Notes under the pieces: model-generated
Told to the model about the DNA's origin: nothing
What the model saw: the letters and a program-made list of their open reading frames with translations, nothing else
The model's database searches: none
Translations under genes and position numbers: made by a program
Assembly (NCBI RefSeq): GCF_035084215.1
Contig: NC_090352.1
Span: 33,108,001 to 33,172,000, forward strand
From: Heptranchias perlo
Taxonomy: Eukaryota
Reading direction: 5' to 3'
DNA length: 64,000 nucleotides
Shown here: piece by piece, positions 38,301 to 51,245 of the stretch
Position numbering within the stretch: position 1 is the stretch's first letter
How the letters are laid out: every line of letters begins with the position of its first letter

Positions 38301-40607
38301 ATTTTTCACGAATTTCTGTGTGTGTCCTCTGACCCTGCAGCTTGTCTTACTTTAAAGTAATACTGAGTTCACCCATATCATTTGCAGGCCCCTCTTAACC
38401 ACTCATTGTAAGACTGTAAAGTTCAAGTTTCACAAATAATTTATCACATCTCATCTCTATATTTGGGATCAGTCTTGTTGCTATTCCCTGTATTCTTTCT
38501 AAAACATTTATATCCTACTTTCTGTTAACTTTTTAATTGCTTTACCACCCGACCCCAATATTGAAATTAACATGTCAATCATTACTCCCAATTCCATTTT
38601 GAAGTTTCTGTTAATTTAGTTCCATTAATTGCATACTTGTGACCCACTTTTTTCCACTTGCATGTAATGCTATTCATTGTTAAATTTGATTTGGTATGTC
38701 TCTACCTAGTTGGATAGCCAAACTGAATCTATATTTCAAATGTTCTCTGTTTCTACTGCTCTGTCTATTTTATTATTACTCTCCCTATTTGTGAAATAGG
38801 CTGGAAAAATTATAATTGTAAAAATCTTCAACACATTTGTGGAGTCCAGCATTCCATTTGTTTTCTAAACTGAGATCTACAGATGATGTTCTGTGTACTG
38901 GCACAGTACCCATGTAAGAAAATATCTGCACTTAATGAAAACGCCAGCTGACCGTTCTGTTGCTTTTATTATGTCTCTCCCTTAGATGGTAACATATAAG
39001 CTATGACTTACTGATTAAAACGTGCAGATCTAGATTAGCATTGTTAAAATGATTTACAAAATTTAGCACTGCAAAGAAATGAGTATTGGATTGTAGCCAT
39101 GTTCTGAAATCCCTTCTCTCTTCACTGTTTCCTTTGTGGCTCAGCAGTGCACTGGAATTCTTCGCTCTGATTTTAAAAAATGGAATATGGACCAAAATTG
39201 GGAACATGGCTGGAAGGAATATGAAGTTTCCCAGCTGAGAGTAGAGGAAATTCATTGCTGTTGTTCACTTAGTGTCTCACTGGTTATGTCAGTATTTTTC
39301 CTTGAATAAATCTCCAATTGAATTAAACAATTAATGTACTGCTATCTACTCCTGTTCTTTGAAAGTTGTGTTCTTGCTCAAAAAAAGTTGTATTCCGTTG
39401 AACAACGCAGTGCCAGTATCGCAATGTTCCTGGTCAGTTATAGCTTGGAGTTCAGAGCAGGGCAAACTCTATGCAGTATCAATAAGTTGGCTTTAGTTTA
39501 ACCAGTGTGACGTTTCCCACAATAACAGTGTTGACTGAGTGAAACTGCAGAATTATGCTGTGCACTTGCACCCTCAAGAAGCTCAGTTGAAACTGCTGAG
39601 GCTCATTTCATATTAGACTCATGGTCAGCAATGGTCCCATCTGTTTGTAATGGATTTAACCCTGAAGTCAAAGATGAAAGGCCATAGTTTTAAGTAGCTG
39701 AACCAATGTCATCTAGACGTTAATGCTATACCACCCCCCACACCCCCTCCCAAAAAAACTGCAAGAAAAACCTTTCCATTAATACAAACAAAATATTGAA
39801 TTGTGTACATTATTACCAGCCATACATTTTCTGGTATGTATCTATGCAGAAGGTTGAGATAGATTATTTGTGACTATTGGCCCACGAAGGACTCTGATTT
39901 TTCCCTTTTGTACCAACGTTCCAGTATGGTGCGTGAAAAGCATACCCAAAGCCCAACCAGTTCCCTAACTTGTGGGTCCAGATGGACAAAGCTGGCTGCA
40001 GGGAAGGAGGGGAAACTTAATGCATCTGCTAAGAGTGGCATCAACTGACAAGTGAAGGCATGCTATCTATCCGCCCCTCAATCTAGTGAATGGCCTGTTG
40101 GGTACAAATGCGAACAGATCAGATTTTGCAGTCATAACTCCCTTCCTACCCCCCCACCTTTCAAAAAATTAATGCACACTTAACTTAAGAAAGGTAAGAC
40201 TAAAATGTGATATGAGGAATGAGTAGGGTAGAAGGAAAGCTGGAGGAAAAAATTGGGAAGCCCAACACGGATGCAACTCAAAGCAATGTGCAGTGCCATG
40301 GGATATGATTGCGAAGCATTGTTTCCCTGTTTTTTGTTCAGATTACAAAGTTGTCTGCTGCAAAATTTTGTACAAAAGCTCACTAAAATATTAGTTCAAT
40401 AACATTTCTGCTAAGGAAACACAACCCATGGAAAATCAGATTTTTTTTTGTTTTCTGTACTTTTTAATTTTTTGAATCTCAACTGAGGAAAGGTGCATGT
40501 GTTTAACTCTGCTTTTATGGGGATGTTTAGCTATGTTTTTTCCATTTGTAATTTTAAAAAAATAATTTGCTTTGCCACCTAAGTACAGGAAATGCAGCAT
40601 TTGCTGT

Positions 40608-40613
40608 TTTATT
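40608..40613 (-). terminator. EVI2B: Candidate polyA signal of EVI2B
   Basis: AATAAA on the minus strand about 465 nt after the stop. Confidence 0.45.
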
Positions 40614-41077
40614 GTGGTTGACCACTTCAACTGTGAGAACTGTATACAGGGTGGCTGCTGAGAAGTGAATTGGATGGATAATAAAAGTGAAAAGCATTTT
40701 GAGGTGATACAGTTACCCTGTGTCTCTGTGCAGAAGTGGAAGTGAAACAAATTGGGAGAATAGGCTTGTATTGCCACCCTTTTAATAAAAAAAAGCAGAA
40801 GTGCCTTGATGGAATTGCAGTCCATAGGGGATTTTGTGTGTAGGTACAAATCATGTCATCGCTTCCAACTTTGCATATTGGAAAGATGCAGTGCATTGCA
40901 CATTTGGCATGATGGGCAGTTTTAACATGTCTGATTTTAAATATGGAGTGGCAATGCTGATGCACAGACAGTTGCAACAGGAAGGCAACTTATGCCCATA
41001 GCCTTGGAAGAAAGTCACCCTGTAGCTGATGCGCATTTTCTTTGTAGTCCTGGGAGCTAAAACAAACACCGAGCACT

Positions 41078-42208
41078 TTAGACTTCCAGCTCAGAGAGCG
41101 GTGGTGGCAAATCGAAATCATTCACAAGATCCAGAAAATCCAATGGAGGAGGGGGAAAGTTTGTATTATTTGGACCTACGTCAGGAACCCCCTGAGGTGG
41201 GCCTCGAGCCTCTGTAACTGTTGCAGGCAGTGGATGTTGTGGGTCATTGTTATTCAGTGGAGCTTGTGCCTCAAGAGGAGGTGGTGGAAAATCTTGACTT
41301 TGTGTTCCATTTACAGTTTGTGTTTGACTTAAAGCTTGTGTTTCTTTTCCTGTTTCATTTTCCATTTTGACTTCAGCAGGCACTATGATCGTTCCTTCAA
41401 TCTCAGGTGAAGAACTGTTGATGATTCCTTCAGACTCTTGCACCTCCATGTTATATTGATCCAGTAAGGATTCACGTTTAGATTTTTTAGACAGAAAGGT
41501 GGTGAGTGAGGGGCGTTTCGCTGGAGCAGCATCGATATCGTTGTCCTCAACTACATGTACAGAATCTTCACCACTGGGGACTGGGCAAGTTCCTGCCCAT
41601 GTGAGGTCCTGTACAGGTTTCTTTTGTGAGCATCTTTTCCACACTGGAATGGCAACTATGATGAGCAACATTAACAACAATATCCCACCGATGATGCAAG
41701 CAACGATCGTGCTTGCAGCCAAGTCACGATCTTGGTACTGGGTCGTTGGCTTACTGGTCGTTGGCTTACTGGTCGTTGGCTTACTGGTCGTTGGCTTACT
41801 GGTCGTTGGCTTACTGGTCGTTGGCTTACTGGTCGTTGGCTTACTGGTCGTTAACTCAGTAGTGGTCTGTTTTATAGTTGCCACGTACGAAGTAGGTTTG
41901 GAGGTCGAACTTGGAATCGATTGTGCCTCAGATGAAAATTTCGATGTGAACTGTGAAGTAACAGAAGGTGTATTTGCCAAGATAGAAGTGTCACTGGGAA
42001 GATCACTTGAAGGCCCACTTATGGTGGTTGGCATACTTGTGATTATCCAGGAAGTTGCAGTGGCCAGGTTACTGGAGTCCTGAAGTGAAGATGATGCACT
42101 TGGATCTGTTACAATATCTGATCCTGTGGATGACTTGTAGTTCACTGTGGTTGTACCCCCAAGGCCCTTTGCCAGTAGTACCAGTATAGTCAAATGGATT
42201 GCTTCCAT
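41078..42208 (-). CDS. EVI2B: EVI2B (CD361), type I transmembrane mucin, 376 aa, single coding exon
   Basis: Signal peptide, Ser/Thr mucin ectodomain and TM IVACIIGGILLLMLLIIVAIPVW. The cytoplasmic KPVQDLTWAGTCP..GE resembles human KPVLNDQNWAGRSPFADGE, and the Pro-rich end LPPPLSELEV is also similar. Lies between OMG and EVI2A. Confidence 0.93.
   Translation of the reverse strand: MEAIHLTILVLLAKGLGGTTTVNYKSSTGSDIVTDPSASSSLQDSSNLATATSWIITSMPTTISGPSSDLPSDTSILANTPSVTSQFTSKFSSEAQSIPSSTSKPTSYVATIKQTTTELTTSKPTTSKPTTSKPTTSKPTTSKPTTSKPTTSKPTTQYQDRDLAASTIVACIIGGILLLMLLIIVAIPVWKRCSQKKPVQDLTWAGTCPVPSGEDSVHVVEDNDIDAAPAKRPSLTTFLSKKSKRESLLDQYNMEVQESEGIINSSSPEIEGTIIVPAEVKMENETGKETQALSQTQTVNGTQSQDFPPPPLEAQAPLNNNDPQHPLPATVTEARGPPQGVPDVGPNNTNFPPPPLDFLDLVNDFDLPPPLSELEV
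41741..41852 (-). repeat. Perfect coding minisatellite, 15 nt x 7.5, encoding (TTSKP)7
   Basis: GGTCGTTGGCTTACT repeated 7 times plus 7 nt, with no mismatches. Confidence 0.97.
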
Positions 42209-42859
42209 CTTTCCTAGCTTTGAAGAGACAGGCTTTAAAAACCAAGACCAGGTTGCTGACGACTATAAATTCCTGCAAGAATTAAGAATGAAATTTTTTT
42301 TTAGAATTTTGCTGTATTTCAAAAAATACTTTTATTGCTTTTGTTGGTGTGTGTAAAAGCAAAATGTGGGATGCACACACTTCAAATATCAAGTTAATTT
42401 TTAAAATTCATACCATAAAAAAGCAAGTTTAAAAGTTCCTGTTTTTGACTTGCTTGTGATAGTAAGTGTTGTTGAGCTGTTAGCTTCTCACTATTCCTAC
42501 CCTTGTTGCCCAGTATTATGCTTTCAAGGGGAAGACGAGGAGCAGGTTTTGCTCTGAATGATTTTATCTGCTTCAGTGATATCACGAATGGGAGTGGCAG
42601 ATTGTGAGCTGCGTTCCTCATTCATGATGCCAGTGGAGCTGAATGTTCTGATGTCCCAGCAGGAGCGGTGTTACCATAAGTCTCTGCTTTCAGCCTGCCT
42701 CTGACCAACTGTTCCTGAATATGGGACGGTGGCTGAGACACTGCTACCTGCGAACATGTTTTCTTGACATTTAGGGTTAACGAGCAAGTCAGTCAACTGT
42801 ACTTCCCCTTTGAGAGGTTATTCATCTTCTGTCACCAGAGGATAAATACTTCCTGGTAG

Positions 42860-43010
42860 GTCACTGATAACAGCAAGATAAATGGGTGCTTAATCTTTTT
42901 TTGCTCCTATTAGTTAAAGGAGGAATGTTGGCCAGGAGCGCTATCTACTCTTGGAACATGGCCATGGGACCTTTAAATGACCACTTCAACAGGCATTTAA
43001 TACTTCATAA
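42860..43010 (-). mobile_element. Degenerate Deu-domain SINE fragment
   Basis: GAATGTTGGCCAGGA...GCCATGGGACCTTTAAATGACCAC resembles the reverse complement of the recalled Deu-domain core. Confidence 0.5.
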
Positions 43011-45307
43011 TGCAGACTTTTACCAGTAGTGTAGAAAGGGCTTATTAAGGGGGAGCTTTGCTTCTGTTTTCTTTGAGTGGAGCATGCTAAGATTGAAAGT
43101 TGGCTCCACTGTTCTGTACCTGCAACTGAATGGAATGACAGCCCATTTTATTGAAATATATGTCTGATTTAAAGTGAAGATCTGAGCAGTAATCTTGCGT
43201 TGTTCAGCCATAAGTACCACAATGCAGCTCATTGAATACCGTGTAAAATACTCTTTTTTTTGGTACAAACGTACTTTTATATCTTACAGCATTTTTGCAC
43301 CTGTTCCGGGAGAATGACCTCAGTGTGTCATGCTCTCATTTTCACTCACTGCATTGAAGAGCCAGTCCCAATAGTGTTGCTGGAGTGTGGGACCAACTCC
43401 TCACTTTACTTCAATTAAACCACTGGCTGTAATCCAATGGTGTATTCCTAGACCTACATTTTCATGGGTCTGTGATGCTATCAGTTTGCTGTAGTTTGAC
43501 CTGTATGTACCATGGATTGTAACCAACCAAGGATGGACTGTACACCTGCAATCTGCCGTAGTTCTGTAATGTCAGCGCACATTAAAATTAATCCAGGTCC
43601 ATACCTGCAATAGTGCATCATTCACTATCTGAGTGCGACTGGACCAGTGAATGTGTTTGAGTGGTAATGCAGATCTGTGTTCCTGTACTCATCCTCAAGC
43701 AGGTTTGTGCAAACAGCTTCCAACCATCATTGTACATAATCTAAACATAAATAAATTCACGTTTGATGGACTGCTGATACTGTTTTTTTTGCAGTAAACT
43801 GGTGCTGCTGGCTAGTGATTCTGTAGCCTTAATTTTGACTCTCATGGTAAGGATCATCATGAGCCTGATCTGAAAGTTACTGCATCATTTTCAAAAGCAA
43901 TTGTGATCTTGGGACTGACTTTCTATCTGAACTTGAAGATGCATTTTTAAAAATGCTATTTAAACGATATGCATAGTAGTTCTATTATTTAGCTTCAGGA
44001 CCAGGTGAACTGGATATCAGAAAATAGTTTACTTTAACTGGGTCCATTGACACAAAATAAAATGGAACTCAATTTAAGCAGACTCAGAATTAATTGTCTC
44101 TGCTCTGAAGCAATGTCTCCTGTCATCCACCCTCCCTTCCTTTTGCAACGTGATGCTTAGCAGCAGCTCAAATGAGATTTGACACCTGTTTTACTTCCTG
44201 AACATATTTCCAATTTATGTTGAACAATGATTTTTAATTCTTGGTTTGTTTTGGTTGATTTTTCTCCCTTTTCCATTTGAGCAGCTTCTAAGCTTCTGCC
44301 AGTGCTGCAGTATGATTGGCTGGAAGAGATGACACAAATGTAGCCTAGGAAAAGTTGCCTTTTTTTTATTACCTTCTCTTCTGTTGGCGGGGGAAATGTC
44401 TATCATCATCACTGCCCTTTCCCAAGAGCTAAAATCGGGAAATCTCAGTGTAAGGGGGATCTCCCCATTACTTTTATAGTGCAATGAAAAGAATTGTTTT
44501 CCTTCAAGTAGAAATCCCCACGAAACATTCCTGTGTCAATCAGTACCACCTAAAAGCAGATTGACTGGCCAGCCATCTCCTCGCTCTTGTGAGCGGCATC
44601 TAACTTAGAATGACTGCCGCATTTGCCGACACAACCATCACTGTTCAAGAAAAAGCAAGAGAAGTGCTGTTGAGAGGTTTCAATGTGAGTGGCACTTCAT
44701 AAATGTATGTTAAAACGTCATTATTAATCAGTAGACTTGCAGTAAATTGCCAGTTGTCTATAACTACTCAGTACAAGTGTCACTGTGCATCAGGAACTAA
44801 CATTGTCCGTGCCATGAATTCGAAATTAAATTACCCCACAGAAGCACCCATATATCATCTATTAAAATAGATGCTGTCGTGTGACTTCAAGTAAGCCACC
44901 TAATCTCTGGATTCAGATGCCAAGTTGTGAATTGGTGCTGTTTTGGTTTATGATGCCATCTGAACCCCCAGATTCGAATACTGACTTGCAATCAGATATC
45001 CATTGTTAGCTATATATTTTGGCGTGCATGCTCATACACACGCTAACTGACACGTACTCATACACGTACACATACCATGAGATAATGGAGTATTTCACTC
45101 CATTTACCAATACTTGTTTTAATTGCGGAGCAACCATACATGACACTTGAGAGATTGTCATTTTGAAATCACAAACTAAATCAAGTTAATCGTTGGGTTT
45201 CTTGACTGATCACATTGAACTATTTTCTGCGTGATTTTATTAAGAAATTAATTTATCAATGCATTTAGGTCCAAAAAAATTGCACTTGTGCTTTTGAAAA
45301 CACTTAC

Positions 45308-45380
45308 CACTGATGGAGCTTGGACTTGTGCAGTTGAGGTCGAAGGCTGCTTCTGTTTCTGCAATTGTTGTGCATTACAC
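45308..45380 (-). other. EVI2B: Candidate non-coding exon 1 of EVI2B (5' end approximate)
   Basis: Donor GTG|GTAAGTG at 45308/45307 with ETS/PU-box motifs immediately upstream. Confidence 0.5.
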
Positions 45381-45382
45381 AC

Positions 45383-45404
45383 TAAGAGGAAAAAGTTCCT
45401 CTTA
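45383..45404. promoter_or_regulatory. Inverted double PU-box (PU.1/ETS) at the putative EVI2B promoter
   Basis: TAAGAGGAA-AAAG-TTCCTCTTA; a further GGGAAGT lies at about 45519. Confidence 0.45.
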
Positions 45405-48364
45405 AAGTTAATAACTTGGCATTTATTGTCATACTTGGTAATGAAGCAAATATTCTAAACCCATCTGTGTATGCGCGGCGTTGTGCTGTCACTGGTTAAT
45501 TTTGAGGTTTTCGAAAAAGGGAAGTCAGAACAGTTGTCCGGATATGAAGAAATGAGTTAGAAACCAAGTGTTCTGAGCACTGGCATTTTTACAAAAAATT
45601 GAAGTTTGGAACTAAATCTGCTGAAAATTAAACTGTGAATGTCAAGTTTGCAATGTGATGTAATTTGCTGTTTACTTCTGATACAGTTAGAGAGCTCCTA
45701 TTTATTATAAACTTGTTTTGTGGCATTTTATTTTGAACCTGCCATCCTGGTAAGTCAAGGTTAAACTGTGTGTAATTACACAATTTGTTCTGGTGCAATT
45801 TCGTTCCCAGTACGATTCCTCTGAAATCCTGTGCCTGACTCTCCTGTCTCTTCCCCACCCCAGGGTTTCATTGTGTTTTTGTTGTATAATGCAAGTACAG
45901 TCATTGGGAGTTTTAACCTTCGAAAATAAGTTGTTGGAGAAGCAGCGTGGGCTACTCTCATTTTAGAAAGACTAATTTCAGCCCCTTGCACAATCTCTCA
46001 CTTGAACTCAGCTAGCTGGGTCAGGAAGTTGGCTCTTGGCTAAGCCTCTTGCAGCAATTACATTCGGTGATGAGGTGGTGACTGAGAGGAAATGACCAGC
46101 TGAACCCCACTGAGGAGTGTGCATACCTTTGTTTTCGCCTTCCCCTGTATTGCCCCAAATTGATACTGCCGTTCAAAGCCAGGTTGCTTTATGCAGCTCA
46201 TTAAAGACATTTCTACTTCTGCTTAAAAAGTTGTTACAATTTGGGGAGGAACAACCTCTCTGTTCTATTCTCCCCTCTGCAATATTTCTATTGAGCACTG
46301 GTCTCTACAGTGTGAAATATGGGAGTGCAATTGACACCTGAATGCCCTCTGAAGTTACTTGCATTTGTGAGTCGATCCTAGGGATCAAGAAGTTTATACT
46401 TGGGATTGCAGTTGTTGATAGAACTACTGCAGCGTGCTGCACTCCTCCAATATAAAAGCAATTCTACATTACTCCACCAAATAGGGTTTAACTTGCGTTG
46501 AGGATGAAGTTTGTCCACCTGGGTAAGTGTATGAATTCATATTTTCTTAAAATTTAAGACACAACATCCTCAGTAGATGGCCTAATGTTTATCAGACATT
46601 CAGCTTTTTTGTTTTACCCACGCCCAGTAAAACATTTCAGCACTCTCCACACACCCCCCCCCCCCCCCTGCAAATGGATCTCCCCCATGCCACCCATTAT
46701 CCACAGCCAGGGGGACGGTGATGCTCAAATTGCTTGGGGTGAGAGCAGGGATGATGCTTCCCTCCATCACCTCCCCGTTCACTGTAGAAATAGACCAGCT
46801 TGTACTGGACAAATTCCCTGTAGGGATATGCCTAAGGATTGGCTTGGTGCTGTGAGGGATCACTGGTGTGACACCCGTGTTTGGCTACTCGAACATGCTA
46901 TGCTATGGGTAATATTTTGTGCCCTGTTATGGGCGTTCACGGTCACAGATACTTTGTTACAACAGTTAATTATTTGGTCCCAAGAATGCTATTGCATTGA
47001 GGGTACCGCATATGTTTTTAGCTGCTTAAGAGAAGATGGAAATAAATAGAAGATGGCCCAAACACTTACAACTCGTACACGCACCAAATGTGTTTCATTC
47101 ATTTTCTCGACCAAAGGTAGCTTCCATACGTGAGCATGACCTCCACGTGGAACTTAACATCAGGAAAGGTGTACACTTTTAGCAGAGGGGAGAAAAACAT
47201 TTAATTTTTAAAAAAATGTCACCTCCTTTTCTTGAAATAAATTTTGATGCTAGCCATCTTGTCCTGATAGCTGAGTACAGGAGTGTCTCCTGTGATGAAG
47301 TTCCTAAGCAAAATCCGTCATCTCTTTCAACTGAAGCTCAAAGGACACAAGTGTTGAAACAGAGCAATGAATTTTCAGCCCCCCCCCCCCCCCCCAACCC
47401 AGCAGAAATGGGGTGATGACACAAAAAAAGTGGTAGGCAATGACCTCCTGTCCCATTGCCGTGGCATTATTCCCCCAGGCCTATGGCTGGGTGGCCCACT
47501 GAATCAGTCAGTCGATCCAATTAAAATGCTAATCGGGGTGCTACAATTACATAGGACCCCGCGTGCCATCTTTGGACTGAACTGGGCTGAACATCCGTGT
47601 CCGTAGCTCCTTCTGTAAAGCATGCTGGGATGTTTTGTGTGAAACGCACTATGTAAATAGAAGTTGTATTTATTCCCATATCTCTGTAAATGCCACTCAG
47701 GTTTTGTGTGCCAAAATTGGGCCTATGACTTGCATTATTGATTTTTCTGCTTCTATTTTTCTTCCTTCTCTCAGCATTTCATCTTCGCTTGATGACTCCT
47801 GTAAATTCTTTGTGTGGGCAGTTACAGGTATGGAGCAATGCCTGCCACTCTGATGCAAGTTGTTAGTACACCAGTGTTTGCCAACAGATCATCTGGTGCC
47901 ATTTGTATGCTGTTTTTAATGTAATCATTTCCATAAGTAATGATTTCAATAAATCAGGAAAATACATGACTGGAATCATTGCTTTGTACACTTACTTTTC
48001 AATATGGCATTTGTTTACTTTATGCTTTGTGTGATAAATTCAGTTTGTCAAGTATAGATTAAGGATGAACTAGCATTTAAACTGAATGCAGCCTTTGTCA
48101 TTTATCTTTGGGCGGGTGTGCAGTTCTCACCTTGTGCAAATAAATAAGTTTTTGTGAATACAGATGTAACCCTGGTTACTATTTAACACACAGTTGCCAT
48201 CTATACAAAAATTGCCATTACTACATTATGAATTACTGCATCAACTGTTCAAAACGTTTAAGAAAAGGAGCCTTTGAATGAAATCTGATACATGATTTCA
48301 GATTTCGTGTACCAAAGCTTGATCGCAGTAAAATATCATGCACGCTTGCTCACCCACGTGTGTG

Positions 48365-48710
48365 CGTGCTCAGTGGCTTAATGTACCTGGTATTGTTCTG
48401 AGCCGTGCAGATCAGCGAGGTCCCAGATTCGGAGTCTGGGAGAGAGAACTGCAGCTGATCTCAGTAGTGGCGACAAAGCAATTGGCCTCCATGTTCTCGG
48501 GCTAGAAGGCACATTTTAAGCAGGGTTTCTACCCACTGAACTCTACTGAAAAGTGTTCATTTATTCATGATAACAGATCAGGTTTGGCTGATATGATTGC
48601 ACTGTTTGATGTTTAACTCTTCAATATACTGTTCTTAAAGGATGCTTGGGTGAAGTTCCAGAAGGCTGCAAGTACCCAAGGAATTGTGTTCCAGTATAAG
48701 CTGCTGCCTT
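48365..48710 (+). mobile_element. Shark SINE-like repeat copy
   Basis: GCTCAGTGG...GAGGTCCCAGATTCG...GCTGATCTCAG...CAATTGGCCTCC...GATCAGGTTTGGCTG, as at 7510. Confidence 0.55.
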
Positions 48711-48924
48711 TTTAAAAAAAATGTTAATGATGAGAAAATTCCATTCAATCCACCAAAGCTCATTGTTCTAGTTCTAACTGTACCAGCCCAGGATTTTGAA
48801 TGCTGCTGATACCTATATCTCTGCTACCTTGCCCAGCAAATTTTACCAGACATTTATCACCTGTTGCATGAAAAAGTTTCTCCTTGTATCTGTTCTAAAT
48901 TTATTTTGCACTAGTTCACATTTG

Positions 48925-50190
48925 AGAGAGTCAACATGGATTTATAAAGGGTAGGTCATGTCTAACAAACTTAATTGATTTTTTTGAGGAAGTAACTGAA
49001 GTAGTAGACAAGGGAATGTCTATGGATGTAGTTTATATGGACCTTTAAAAGGCATTCGATAAGGTTCCATATAAACTGTTAACTAAAATTAAAGCTCACG
49101 GAATTGAAGGCAAATTATTGACCTGGTTAGGAAATTGGTTAGGTGGTAGAAGAGAGAGTAGGGATAATGGGTATGTACTCAAATTGGAAGGAAGTGATTA
49201 GTGGTGTCCCACAAGGATCTGTGCTTGGGCCTCAACTATTCACTATTTATTGTCATATTTATTGATTATTCAATTCACTGTTAAGTCATATTTATTGACT
49301 TAGATAACACAATACAGAGCCATTTATCCAAGTTTGTTGATGACACACAAATTGGTGGCATAGTAAGTGATGTAGACGGGAGCATAAAATTACGAAGAGA
49401 CATCGATAGATTAAGTGCGCAAAACCGTAGCAGATGGATTTCAACGCAAGCAAGTGTGAGGTCATCTATTTTGAATCAAAAAAGGATAGATCAGTGTATT
49501 TTTTAAATGGTGAAAACTAGGAACAGTGGAGGCCCAAAGAGATTTAGGGGTCCATGTACACAGATCACGAAAATGTAGTGGTCCGGTACAAAAAATAATC
49601 AAAAAAGGTTAATGGAATGTTAGCCTTTATAACATATAGGTGTAACATAATATAAAGTGGAGGAAGTTTTGTGACAGCTATACAAAGCCCTGATTGGACC
49701 ACATCTGGACCGCACTTTAGAAAGGATATATTGGCCTTGAAAGGAGTGCAACACAGATTTATCAGGGCTCCAAGGGTTATATTATGAAGCAAGATTACAT
49801 AAACTAGGCTTGTCTTCCCTGGACTATAGAAGGTTAGGGGGTGATTTGATTCAGGTATTTAGGATTTTGAAAGTAATTGTTAGGGTAGATAGAGAGAAAC
49901 CTTTTCTGGTGGTGGGGGAGTCTAGGACAAAGGGACATAGCCTTAAAATCAGAGCCAGGCCATTCAGGAGAGAAGTTCAGAAACACTTGACACAAAGTGG
50001 AGTAAAAGTATGCAACACTCTCACACAAAAATGAGTAGATGCTAGCTCAATTAATAAATTTAATTCTGAGATTGATAGATTTTTGCTCGCCAAGGGTATT
50101 AAGGAATATGGAGTTAGGATACAGATCAGCTGTGATCTCATTGAATGACAGAACAGGCTCAATGGGCTGAATGGCCTACTCCTGTTCCTA
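48925..50190 (+). mobile_element. CR1 LINE RT/3' fragment
   Basis: QHGFIKGRSCLTNL, DVVYMDL*KAFDKVP, SGVPQGSVLGP, KFVDDT and GDLIQVFRIL; tail AATGGCCTACTCCTGTTCCTA. Confidence 0.92.
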
Positions 50191-51009
50191 CAACCTGCAA
50201 TCCTATTCTGTCTTATTTTAAAATAATATGCAGGGTTCGTCTTAACCCAGCTATTTAATATTTCATATGCATGTAAAAGCCTCTCCTTAACTGTCCTTTC
50301 TCTGTGTATGGATTGAGCTTTTATAAGCTTTCCACATAGTGAATATGGTGGGGGGGAAACATGTTGATAGCTGCATGAACTGCTTCAGTGCTGAGGTGAA
50401 CTTCAGCCAGGAAGGCAACATCTTCCGGCAAGTCACCAAGTGCTCTTCCACACCTCCTAGTGGCTGGTTCAAGAGCAGCATTAATGCATGTCTCCGAGCA
50501 GAGTGTCTGCGCTCTCATCCCTCCCCCAAAAAAAACTCGGTCAGGGATCAAGAACGTAAGAAGTGGGGGGGTTGCAAGAAAAGGGAATGATTAAAATATT
50601 AAAATGAAGTACCACTTGTGTTTTAAACTCTTCTGGAAAAGGGAAAAATGGAAGTGTTACCATTTGGTAGGTCAATCAGCATGGGTGGAGAGCACAGACA
50701 AGTTCATGTTTCAGGAGTGGACCTTTCATCAGAACTGGAAGATAGAGCATTTAAAAAGGAGTCTTTACTGCTTTCACTGTTTTTGTTTGTGTTCCAGCAT
50801 CTGTAGTTTTATTTGCCATTCATTAGAGTAATTTATTAGACAGGAAACTCCTGGTGAGTGCAACCCACTATCTGGTGGTAATCTGAATAATCCTATACTC
50901 CACACTCCATTTGAGATGATACGTTTGAATACAGATAGACTTTTTAGCCCATATTGGTCTGGAAAGCTTCTTCCAAGCACCTGCCAACCAATCATATAGC
51001 AAAGTACTG

Positions 51010-51245
51010 GAGGTACTTGCATTTATATAGTGTCTTTAACGTAGTTAAATGTCCCAAGGTGCTTCACAGGAGCGTTATCAAACAAAATTTGACACCGAGC
51101 CCCATGAGATATTAGACGGGACCAAAAGCTTGGTCGGAGAGGTAGGTTTTAATCGTCCAGAAGGAGAGAGAGAGGTGGAAAGGAATCCCAGAGCTCAAGG
51201 CTTAGGCAGCTAAAGGCGCGGGCGCCAATGGTGAAGCCATGAAAA
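51010..51245 (-). mobile_element. L2-type LINE 3' end
   Basis: CTTGCATTTATATAGTGTCTTTAACGTAG...CAAACAAAATTTGACACCGAGCC. Confidence 0.85.

Noticed and set aside
41499-42083. 194-aa plus-strand ORF with (VVGLL)n
   Set aside because: It is the antisense shadow of EVI2B and its stop-free 15-nt repeat.
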